Notes under the pieces: model-generated
Seen by the model: only the letters and a program-made list of their open reading frames with translations
Database searches by the model: none
Told to the model about the DNA's origin: nothing
Position numbers and translations under genes: made by a program
Source: Lujinxingia vulgaris
GTDB lineage: Bacteria > Myxococcota_A > Bradymonadia > Bradymonadales > Bradymonadaceae
Length of the DNA stretch: 64,000 nt
Assembly (NCBI GenBank): GCA_040393065.1
Contig: JBEBUW010000012.1
Coordinates: 932-64,931, forward strand
Direction: 5' to 3'
Part shown: positions 56,498 to 64,000 of the stretch, piece by piece
Numbering within the stretch: position 1 is the stretch's first letter
Layout: each line of letters opens with the position of its first letter

Positions 56498-56525
56498 GAC
56501 TCACCGGTACATTCAAGCACCGACA

Positions 56526-57692
56526 TCAGCCGGTGATAAGACGATAGATAATGAACACCAACAGACAACCAATCAGCCCGGCCATTGCAATCAACACACC
56601 CCAACCACCTGCATATCCCCCATTCGTTTTCTCTGCCCGACCACGCCTGCTTGCAGGACTGGAATCGTCCTGAACAGGTGCAGCCACAGGCGCGGCAACG
56701 GCAGCCGCACGCCCCGCTGCCTGCAAACCCGCCGGCGGCACATACGTCCTGGTTTCCGCCAGCGTTTCCAGATCTATCGCTGCAGAAACCTGCGGATCAT
56801 GCTCCGTAACCACCGGCCATTCGCCCTGCCCCGGAAGCTCAGCAAGCGCTTCTTCGGCAGACTGAAAACGCCCGCTCGGGCTCTTATCCATCATCTTTAA
56901 CAACCAGGACTGCCAGTCCGGCGGACAATCACTGACATCAAAAGGCGTAGGCATCACCAGCTGCGCCATCACTGCCCCGTAATTTCCCGCCTTAACGCGC
57001 GGCGTACCCGTGAGCCATTCCGCAATCACAAGCCCCAGACTGAACAGATCGGCCGGCGGCCCGGTCGGATCTCCCACCACCTGCTCCGGCGCAGCATAGC
57101 GCGGCGTACCGATGACATCGCCCACTCGGGTCTTTACCTGCGTCACAGGCTCCCCATCGTCTGACGTCAACGGCGCAAGAGCTTTCGCAATCCCAAAGTC
57201 CACCAACTTCACATACTCAACCGTTCCGTCCGGCGTTTTACAGAGCAAGATATTGTCCGGCTTAATATCCCGATGCAAAATCTTCTTACTATGCGCCCAC
57301 TTCAACGCCGACAACATCTGATGAACCAGCGGCAACGCCCGCGCCGGCGCTATCGGCCCCTCTTCCTGCAAAACCAGAGCCATACTGCGGCCCTCAACCA
57401 GCTCCATCACCAGGAAAGTACCTTCCGAACTGTCCTCGAAATCGTACAGAGCCACGATGTTGGGATGATTTACAGCGCGCAGTATCTCCGCCTCTTGCCG
57501 CATCCGTGCATACGCATTGGGATCGCTCTGACGCACGTCAGCATGCAAGATCTTGAGCGCAACCTCCCGCTTCTCACGCAAATCATACGCCGACACGACC
57601 TCGCCGTATCCTCCCTGACCAATCCGATGCCTGACACGATAACGTCCATTCAGGTCATCACCAGAAACTAGAGGAGCTATTGAAGATTTCAC
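56526..57692 (-). CDS. Ser/Thr protein kinase with C-terminal membrane anchor
   Basis: IGQGGYGEV, VALK, HRDIKPDNILL, DFGIAK, GTPRYAAPEQ. C-terminal TM WGVLIAMAGLIGCLLVFIIY. GTG start. Confidence 0.88.
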   Translation of the reverse strand: MKSSIAPLVSGDDLNGRYRVRHRIGQGGYGEVVSAYDLREKREVALKILHADVRQSDPNAYARMRQEAEILRAVNHPNIVALYDFEDSSEGTFLVMELVEGRSMALVLQEEGPIAPARALPLVHQMLSALKWAHSKKILHRDIKPDNILLCKTPDGTVEYVKLVDFGIAKALAPLTSDDGEPVTQVKTRVGDVIGTPRYAAPEQVVGDPTGPPADLFSLGLVIAEWLTGTPRVKAGNYGAVMAQLVMPTPFDVSDCPPDWQSWLLKMMDKSPSGRFQSAEEALAELPGQGEWPVVTEHDPQVSAAIDLETLAETRTYVPPAGLQAAGRAAAVAAPVAAPVQDDSSPASRRGRAEKTNGGYAGGWGVLIAMAGLIGCLLVFIIYRLITG

Positions 57693-58059
57693 GAAAAAAG
57701 TCGGGGGATAATTCTAGAAAAGGATAAAGGAAGGAAGCCGGCAATCGAGTCAACGATACGCAGTCCCCTATGATGGCGCGCTTCGTTTTCACATGCAAGC
57801 GACATCAAGTTCGAATCATTCCACGATTTTCTAAAAATTCGCTGGAAGCGGCTTAAACATTTCCATTTCTCTTCCGCACGGCTAAGATAGATCCCGACAG
57901 CAGCACGCTCAAACCTTGACCACCTGTTGAGGCCGTGTTATTCGACTGCATCTAGAATAGACGCACGCTCAGGCGTTGTATGTCTGTCTTTACTATGACC
58001 CGTGAATCGGGTGAAACCTACTCGAAACAAGAATATTAGTATCCTCCAAAGGAGTATGC

Positions 58060-58959
58060 ATGAGCCAGACGGTCCTCGTAGCCGATGACAGTCGAACGAT
58101 TCGCAAAGTGGTTGAAATGGCCCTCAAGGCTCAGCCCTTCGAAGTTATCGGCGTAGGAAGTGCTCGCGAAGCTATGGAAGCCGCAGAGCGTCGCCCTTCT
58201 ATCATCATACTCGATTATTATATGCCCGATGGCAGCGGCTATGATGTATGCCGGGCACTGAAAGCCAATCAGTCGACCAGCAATATTCCTGTTCTGATGC
58301 TTGGCGGAACTTATAAGGACTTCGATCCTGCCCTGGCCCGCGATAGCGGCGCTACTGGCGTGCTCATGAAGCCCTTCAAAACCGACGATCTGCTCAGCGC
58401 AATCACTGCGGCAATTTCGTCAGCCCCACGTTCCGCTGGAGCGCCCAGGCCGCCAACCTCGCCGGCTGCACCGCCGCCGCGTCCTCCGGTTACGCCGGCA
58501 TCGCTTTCTCAACCGCCGCGCAATGTACCCACGCCGGCGCCTCGCTCTGCCGTGGACGTTTCGGCTTCCAGCCAGCCGCGCATCCCCATGTCCAGCAGCC
58601 AGCCCAGAATCAATCCGTCCGAAGCGGCTGCAGCCAATGCGCGCCATCGCACTCCGACTCCAGTCAGCGGACTTTCCTCTCCCGGCTTTACTGCCACCAG
58701 CGGTTCCGGTGTTTCGCCGCTGCCGATGAACCGCGCCGAATTGGAAAACTTGATCCGCGAAGAAGTAAAGAAAACCGTTCGCGAAGAACTCCCCGGTTTG
58801 CTGCGCAATGTAATGGGCGAGGTTTTCCAACAAAAAGTTCTGCCGCGCCTGCTCAAACACAGCGATGAGCGCATCCAGACCACGCTTCGTGAGGAACTGG
58901 ACGAGCGCATCAAACAACAAGTCCGCCAGGAACTTGAGCGCCTGCTGAGCGAAGAGTAA
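58060..58959 (+). CDS. response-regulator receiver protein with Pro-rich linker and charged helical C-terminal region (RomR-like layout)
   Basis: AGGAG RBS. VLVADDS..IRK, ILDYYMPDGSGYD (phospho-acceptor Asp), MKPF. Pro-rich residues about 125-200. E/R/K-rich helical tail. No HTH or enzymatic output seen. Confidence 0.8.
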   Translation: MSQTVLVADDSRTIRKVVEMALKAQPFEVIGVGSAREAMEAAERRPSIIILDYYMPDGSGYDVCRALKANQSTSNIPVLMLGGTYKDFDPALARDSGATGVLMKPFKTDDLLSAITAAISSAPRSAGAPRPPTSPAAPPPRPPVTPASLSQPPRNVPTPAPRSAVDVSASSQPRIPMSSSQPRINPSEAAAANARHRTPTPVSGLSSPGFTATSGSGVSPLPMNRAELENLIREEVKKTVREELPGLLRNVMGEVFQQKVLPRLLKHSDERIQTTLREELDERIKQQVRQELERLLSEE

Positions 58960-58988
58960 TTCTAAAAAGTTTCAACGAAATCTACGCC

Positions 58989-59038
58989 AAAAAAGACTCC
59001 GGCAATATCCTCTGAGATGTTGCCGGAGTCTTTTTTTT
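58989..59038. terminator. bidirectional terminator (CCGGCAA..TTGCCGG hairpin family)
   Basis: AAAAAAGACTCCGGCAATATCCTC-TGA-GATGTTGCCGGAGTCTTTTTTTT. Confidence 0.8.
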
Positions 59039-59093
59039 CCGAAAAACTTATCGCCCGGCCATTCAACCAGGCAAAGCTATGATGCGCTCAGGC

Positions 59094-59657
59094 TCATTTC
59101 TGCGCTGCGCTTACCATCTTCCGAAGGCTGGCAACGTCATGCACGCCGACTGAAACCTGATCGACCACCCCATCAGGTCGAAGAACCACCAACGTTGGAA
59201 TGCGCGAAACCCGATACAGGGAACTGGCCGAACCATCATCCAACAATGTGGTCATCGTCAGCGCATTACGCTGCAAAAAAGTCCGCACCAATTCCTCGCG
59301 CATGCCATCTTCGTCATCCGTGTTGATCGACAAAATATGCACATGCTCGGCCAGTTCCGGATCGGCCGCCAGCTGCTGAAGCGCCGGCATTTGCTTACGG
59401 CACGGCGGGCACCACGTAGCCCAGAAATCCATCAAGACGACCTTGCCCTGATAGTCGGAAAGCTTCTGCACCTCTCCTCCATGCACTTCCTTCAAACCAA
59501 AATTCGGCCCCGGCCGCCCCACCATTTGATTGGCAGGATCTGGCTGCAAAAAATTAAACAAAATCACGGCCAGCAACGCTGCGACCAGCCCCCAGACCGC
59601 AAATGTAATGATCTTTTCTTTATTGATTCCACCCGCTCCAGCGTTTTCTGCCTGCAT
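59094..59657 (-). CDS. TlpA-family thiol:disulfide oxidoreductase (membrane-anchored thioredoxin fold)
   Basis: N-terminal TM. FWATWCPPCRKQMP active site. Confidence 0.85.
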   Translation of the reverse strand: MQAENAGAGGINKEKIITFAVWGLVAALLAVILFNFLQPDPANQMVGRPGPNFGLKEVHGGEVQKLSDYQGKVVLMDFWATWCPPCRKQMPALQQLAADPELAEHVHILSINTDDEDGMREELVRTFLQRNALTMTTLLDDGSASSLYRVSRIPTLVVLRPDGVVDQVSVGVHDVASLRKMVSAAQK

Positions 59658-59713
59658 GCTCAATGTATCCTCTCAAAATCCAAGAATGGGGAGATTTTAT
59701 TTTTGCCAACAAC

Positions 59714-61285
59714 TTAAAGCGCTGGAACGGTCTGCTTCAATCCATCAAAACGCGCATTGGGCGTCGTATAATACTGCTGCACTCCTTTGCGAATCACAGC
59801 AATATTGTCCTCATGCCACAGAGAAACATACGGCAACTCGCGTGCCAGGATCTGCTGCACCTCGCTGTAAATCGCCCGCCGCGCCTCCAGATCTGCTTCA
59901 CTGTCACCAGCTACCAGCAATTCGTCCACCCTGGCATTGCGATACGCTCCACGATTCGCGCCCGCCGCGCGATTGTCCTCCGAAGGGATGTTCTCTGAAT
60001 GAAAAATCCATCGATACAAACTGGGCTCCATCACGGACGGCCACTGCAGCGTTGTCATATCAAAATTTCGACTTCGGATATCATGAAAAAACGTTCCCCA
60101 CTCATACGAACGCACCCGAACCTCGATCCCAAGCTCACCGAGCTGATGCGCCATCAACTCCGCCAGAGAACGCCGAAACTTACTGGCTGAAACCTTAAAC
60201 TCTAACTGAAAACGCACGCCATTTTTGTCTGGCGGATAACCGGCCTCATCCAGCAACGCGCGCGCGCGCTCCGGATCATAATCAAACCGCTCCACATCCG
60301 GCTCATACGCCCAGTGATCCGGCGCAAGCATACCTGTCGATAAGCGCGCCGTATTACGAAACTTGTACTGAATGATCGATTCCCGATCGATTCCCAGAGC
60401 GATGGCACGACGAACCCGCTCATCCTTCAAAATCGGGTGCTCTAAATTAAAGGCCAGATACGTATATTTGAACGACGGCGAAGTAATCATATCCAGCCGA
60501 TCGCTTTTCTCAACAACCGGCAACATCAAGGGCGCGACCGCATTTTGAACCACATCCGCCGTGTTCCCCAGCAAAGCCAGAAGCCGGGTATTATCATCCC
60601 GAACAACCCGAAACACGAGCCTTTCAATCGCTGGTTTCCCTTCAAAATATTTATCAAACGCCCGAAGCTCGACCCGCATCTCGCCGTGTTGCGAAACAAA
60701 AGCAAACGGCCCCGCACCTATCGGCACGCCCGGACATTCCTTATGCCCTGCACACAAATGACGAGGCACGATGCCCAACCCCATATCCGTGATGAAGGGC
60801 GCATGCGGCTCAAACAAAGTAATTGTAAAACGCCGCTCATCCTGGATTTCGAACGACTTGATCCGCCGTGAAAGCCCCGCAAAAGGACTTTTGACAAGCT
60901 CGCTGTCCAGTTCCATGAACGTGTATTCGACGTCGGCTGACGTCACAGGGCGGCCATCATGAAAATAAATATCGTCCCGAAGCTCGACCTCATACACGAC
61001 CGGAGTCGTTTGCTGAATCGACTTCGCCAGCCTCAACTCCCATGCCCCCGACGCCGTATCCGTCGATAAAAGCCCTGCGTGCAGCAGTCCCACCAACTTC
61101 GCGCTACTATCATTGGTCGCAAAACGCGGATCAAGCCCACGCGGCGAAGTATCCAGCAACACCACGAAAGCCTGCTCTTCCTCGCTTGCAGCTTTGCTTT
61201 CCGAGGAACATCCCCACAAATACTGTAGGACAATCAGCGCCGCGATAGCCCGCAGGATGCCTTGATGACGATGAATAAAGTTCAA
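59714..61285 (-). CDS. ABC transporter substrate-binding lipoprotein, family 5 (peptide/nickel type)
   Basis: Lipobox LQYLWG-C. Overall SBP_bac_5-like sequence (LDPRFA, YF.DG.PVTSADV, GAGPF). TTG start. Confidence 0.75.
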   Translation of the reverse strand: MNFIHRHQGILRAIAALIVLQYLWGCSSESKAASEEEQAFVVLLDTSPRGLDPRFATNDSSAKLVGLLHAGLLSTDTASGAWELRLAKSIQQTTPVVYEVELRDDIYFHDGRPVTSADVEYTFMELDSELVKSPFAGLSRRIKSFEIQDERRFTITLFEPHAPFITDMGLGIVPRHLCAGHKECPGVPIGAGPFAFVSQHGEMRVELRAFDKYFEGKPAIERLVFRVVRDDNTRLLALLGNTADVVQNAVAPLMLPVVEKSDRLDMITSPSFKYTYLAFNLEHPILKDERVRRAIALGIDRESIIQYKFRNTARLSTGMLAPDHWAYEPDVERFDYDPERARALLDEAGYPPDKNGVRFQLEFKVSASKFRRSLAELMAHQLGELGIEVRVRSYEWGTFFHDIRSRNFDMTTLQWPSVMEPSLYRWIFHSENIPSEDNRAAGANRGAYRNARVDELLVAGDSEADLEARRAIYSEVQQILARELPYVSLWHEDNIAVIRKGVQQYYTTPNARFDGLKQTVPAL

Positions 61286-61557
61286 AACACTCAGGCCTGG
61301 TAGGGGAAAACCTGCACCCGGACGGGGCAGGCAGACCGATCATTTTCACTGAAATCGAGAAAACTGATCACCCATGCAGCATAACAACACACAAAAAGGC
61401 GTCAAGTTTCTCGCCACTTACAATACTCCATGCACCTTACAAAATACATGGACTTCAAAGACTTTCTCCGCTCCGCACAAACTACCTGCATTTTCCTCTA
61501 AATTCGGTATAAAAGCCTGCTGGATTCATCATCCGCTCATTCCAGGCCACAGACCCG

Positions 61558-62061
61558 GTGGCCCAACACAATTCCTTGCAGGATTTACTGATAATTTCCG
61601 GAGAAATTCTCTTGGCCAAGATAAAACTCAGCGAAACGATTCACTTCTTCCCCATAAGCGAGACTGCTCATAACAACGAACAGCCGCTTGTATCCGAACT
61701 ACAACTCAGCATCGAAAACAACCCGCTTGCTCCGGGCGATGAGCTACACGCGCAGCTGCAGGGCAGCTTTGCCGGCAATCTCCCAACACGGCTTGATTGC
61801 CTGACTGTTTCGCTGGAAGGCCGGATTGCACAGGGCGAGGATTCAACAGCGTTTGTTCATGCCGCAGAAATTGCGCATGATTATCAGGTTTCTGCCGGTT
61901 CGCGATTCACGCAGCCTGTAAGCATCCAGATTCCGCACGACGCACTTCCAAGTAGCGCAGAAGTTACCTGGAAGCTGGTGGCGCGCGCCGTCTGGGAGAC
62001 TTCTCAGAGTCTTCAGGATGAAATGACACTCACCGTCGTACCAGAACCTGCCGCTGAATAA
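61558..62061 (+). CDS. hypothetical protein (possibly arrestin/Spo0M-like beta-sandwich)
   Basis: GTG start. Coherent coding pattern. Weak resemblance in the pattern L.V.L.G......F...V.IP.D..PS....V.W.L.A. Function is a guess. Confidence 0.45.
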   Translation: MAQHNSLQDLLIISGEILLAKIKLSETIHFFPISETAHNNEQPLVSELQLSIENNPLAPGDELHAQLQGSFAGNLPTRLDCLTVSLEGRIAQGEDSTAFVHAAEIAHDYQVSAGSRFTQPVSIQIPHDALPSSAEVTWKLVARAVWETSQSLQDEMTLTVVPEPAAE

Positions 62062-62115
62062 ACGCGCCGGACGATTTACTCGTCCTGAAATCGCGCCTGC
62101 TGTCTTCGTAAATCT

Positions 62116-62143
62116 AAAAAGCCCGGGGTATTCGCCCCGGGCT
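62116..62143. terminator. hairpin between convergent genes
   Basis: AAAAAGCCCGGGG-TATTC-GCCCCGGGCT. Confidence 0.6.
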
Positions 62144-62187
62144 CTCCATTCCTCTAACCATCTAATACTTAAATAATACTCAAAATT

Positions 62188-62994
62188 TCACGCCACTCGA
62201 TGCTTCACATTCAGATAACTCGTTTCCACCAGCTCCATCCGCGGAGATTCTCCGTACTCTAGACGGAAAAAGCTCAGTTCCGGCATCGCGCGAATTCTCC
62301 AGGGCCACGACGCCGAACCCAGTCCACGATTGATATACAAATAACTATTGGCAATCCGATACGCGCCGGCAAAAAACTCCGTCCCAAACTGGCTCGCGAT
62401 CCGATGGGTCACGCCTGGAATATTGAACTGAAATCCGTGCGTATGTCCGCTCAAAATCAAATCAGCTCCCCGACTTGCCAGCTTCGGCGCAATCGACGGC
62501 ACGTGATTCAAAGTCAGACAAAAGTTCTCACCATGCACACCACCAAAAGCAGCATCAATGTCTGCTTTTTTGGTCACATGATCATCCACGCCGACCAGAT
62601 CGAACCAGACTCCATCGTGCTCAAATGGCACCAGCGCGTTCGCCAGAACCGGAATCTTAAGCTTTTGAAACGTGTTCATTGAAAGCTCTGTACTTGCCCA
62701 GTGATCATGATTTCCAAGTACGGCATATGTGGGATGATCCAGTCCACTCAAAGTTTCTACACACGGCAAAATATCGTGGGTACTATACCCGACATAATCG
62801 CCCGTCAGGGCAGTTAATTGTGGATTGCGATGATTTACAAAATCTACAATCTGTCGCATATGACGCGGCTTCACCCAGCGTCCGAGATGAACATCACTGA
62901 TCTGAGCGACCTCAAAGTTCTTCAAGCCTTGAGGAACTTTGGGATGGCGAAAAACGAAGGTATTGATCTCGACTGTCTTTAAGGGGTTGATCAT
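62188..62994 (-). CDS. calcineurin-like metallophosphoesterase
   Basis: ISDVHLG, TGDYVG, GNHD, GHTH motifs in canonical order. Confidence 0.85.
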   Translation of the reverse strand: MINPLKTVEINTFVFRHPKVPQGLKNFEVAQISDVHLGRWVKPRHMRQIVDFVNHRNPQLTALTGDYVGYSTHDILPCVETLSGLDHPTYAVLGNHDHWASTELSMNTFQKLKIPVLANALVPFEHDGVWFDLVGVDDHVTKKADIDAAFGGVHGENFCLTLNHVPSIAPKLASRGADLILSGHTHGFQFNIPGVTHRIASQFGTEFFAGAYRIANSYLYINRGLGSASWPWRIRAMPELSFFRLEYGESPRMELVETSYLNVKHRVA

Positions 62995-63290
62995 CGTGCT
63001 TTACCGTCCTAACTTCGTCGTTTGGCCCGGAGCTTCAGGGCACAAAATGGTTTGCGTTGCCTCGCGGATAGATTCCAGTAAATATTCAAAGATTTAATGT
63101 CACTGCAAAGTTAAGGAATGACGCTGATTCATTATTTCCACGAACCCATAATCTAAGCGATGCTTCTGTGATGGGTTACGATGCTGCATGAATTCGTCCA
63201 CACCATCCACCACGGACTCAGCCCTGCAAACACCCTCTTAGGTTCTGTACTCCAGACAATTTGTTACTCCCTCTTCGAAGAGTTACCTTG

Positions 63291-64000
63291 ATGTCGTACA
63301 ACCCGAATAATCCCTTGATCGTCCAATCAGACCGCACAGTTTTGCTGGAAACAGCGAACGAAAAATTCGAGGAAGCGCGTGATGCGCTGTCGATATTTGC
63401 AGAACTGGTCAAATCGCCCGAGCACATTCATACCTACCGCATTACACCTCTCTCGCTTTGGAATGCCGCCGCTCTGGGGTACACGCCTGACGATATCAAG
63501 GCGCAGCTCACAGTTTATACCAAATATGCGCTGCCGACGAACCTGCTTACAGATATCGACGACTTCGTCTCTCGTTATGGCCGCCTCAAACTGATCGCGG
63601 AAGGCGAAGATCTGTTTCTGGTTTCCGAAGACGAAACGCTGCTCGAAGAAATTTCACGACAGCGACTGGTCGCGCCCTACTTAAAAGATCGCGTTGGGCC
63701 GCTGCGCTTTCTCGTCGACAGCGAACAGCGCGGATTCATCAAACATGCGCTCATTCGGGTCGGATTCCCGGTCGAAGACCTTGCCGGCTACATTCCCGGC
63801 GAGCCGCTCGACATCGCTGTGCGCAATCCCACGCTGGGCGGACAGGATTTCGGCCTGCGCGAGTATCAAAAGGAAGCGGTCGGCGCTTTCTGGGCCGGAG
63901 GCACCACCCAGGGCGGCAGCGGCACCATCGTTTTGCCCTGCGGCGCCGGGAAAACCATCGTCGCAATCGGTGCGATGGACGCCGTCAAAAGCCACACGCT
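63291..64000 (+). CDS. XPB/ERCC3-like SF2 DNA repair helicase (3' end outside the window)
   Basis: Not in the ORF track because it runs off the window. My translation reads MSYNPNNPLIVQSDRTVLLE...HIHTYRITPLSLWNAAALGYTPDDI (XPB damage-recognition-like N domain)...LREYQKEAV...IVLPCGAGKT (motif I). Confidence 0.8.
   Translation, partial: MSYNPNNPLIVQSDRTVLLETANEKFEEARDALSIFAELVKSPEHIHTYRITPLSLWNAAALGYTPDDIKAQLTVYTKYALPTNLLTDIDDFVSRYGRLKLIAEGEDLFLVSEDETLLEEISRQRLVAPYLKDRVGPLRFLVDSEQRGFIKHALIRVGFPVEDLAGYIPGEPLDIAVRNPTLGGQDFGLREYQKEAVGAFWAGGTTQGGSGTIVLPCGAGKTIVAIGAMDAVKSHT

Noticed and set aside
1-64000. Search for transposases, integrases, prophage genes, tRNA or rRNA genes and toxin-antitoxin pairs.
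   Set aside because: None recognised in any frame. The only RNA gene I can support is tmRNA. Small TA-like pairs cannot be excluded without HMM searches.

Overview
64-kb chromosomal window, probably from a Myxococcota/Bradymonadia-like deltaproteobacterial lineage. That placement is inference only, from a MYXO-CTERM-like sorting tail, a TIGR02266-type PilZ domain, PEGA-domain Ser/Thr kinases and many lipoproteins. Left part: smpB plus tmRNA (ssrA), several secreted lipoproteins and two paralogous genes of unknown family. A defence-island-like stretch follows: a GmrSD-like DUF262/DUF1524 gene, a GIY-YIG/DUF4357 gene and a complete type I R-M operon (hsdR-hsdM-rhuM-hsdS). This stretch ends in a sharply AT-rich two-gene cassette of unknown function (22.9-25.9 kb), my best candidate for an undescribed, possibly abortive-infection-like, system. 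Middle: an FG-GAP/phosphodiester-glycosidase surface protein and a DUF4105-TamA-TamB envelope cluster. Right part: purH, a pilT/PilZ cluster, cinA-thpR-recA, two Ser/Thr kinases, rimK, a receiver-domain protein, TlpA, a peptide-type SBP, a metallophosphoesterase and the 5' part of an XPB-like helicase. I saw no rRNA, tRNA, CRISPR array, transposase or integrase. Notable sequence-level signals are strongly strand-dependent synonymous codon usage with local reversals, a compositionally mosaic hsdS, two intergenic tandem-repeat arrays (85-bp and 41-bp periods) and a recurring long-hairpin terminator family. All calls come from reading motifs by eye and from memory of protein families. No searches, alignments or statistics were run, so start codons and domain names are provisional.
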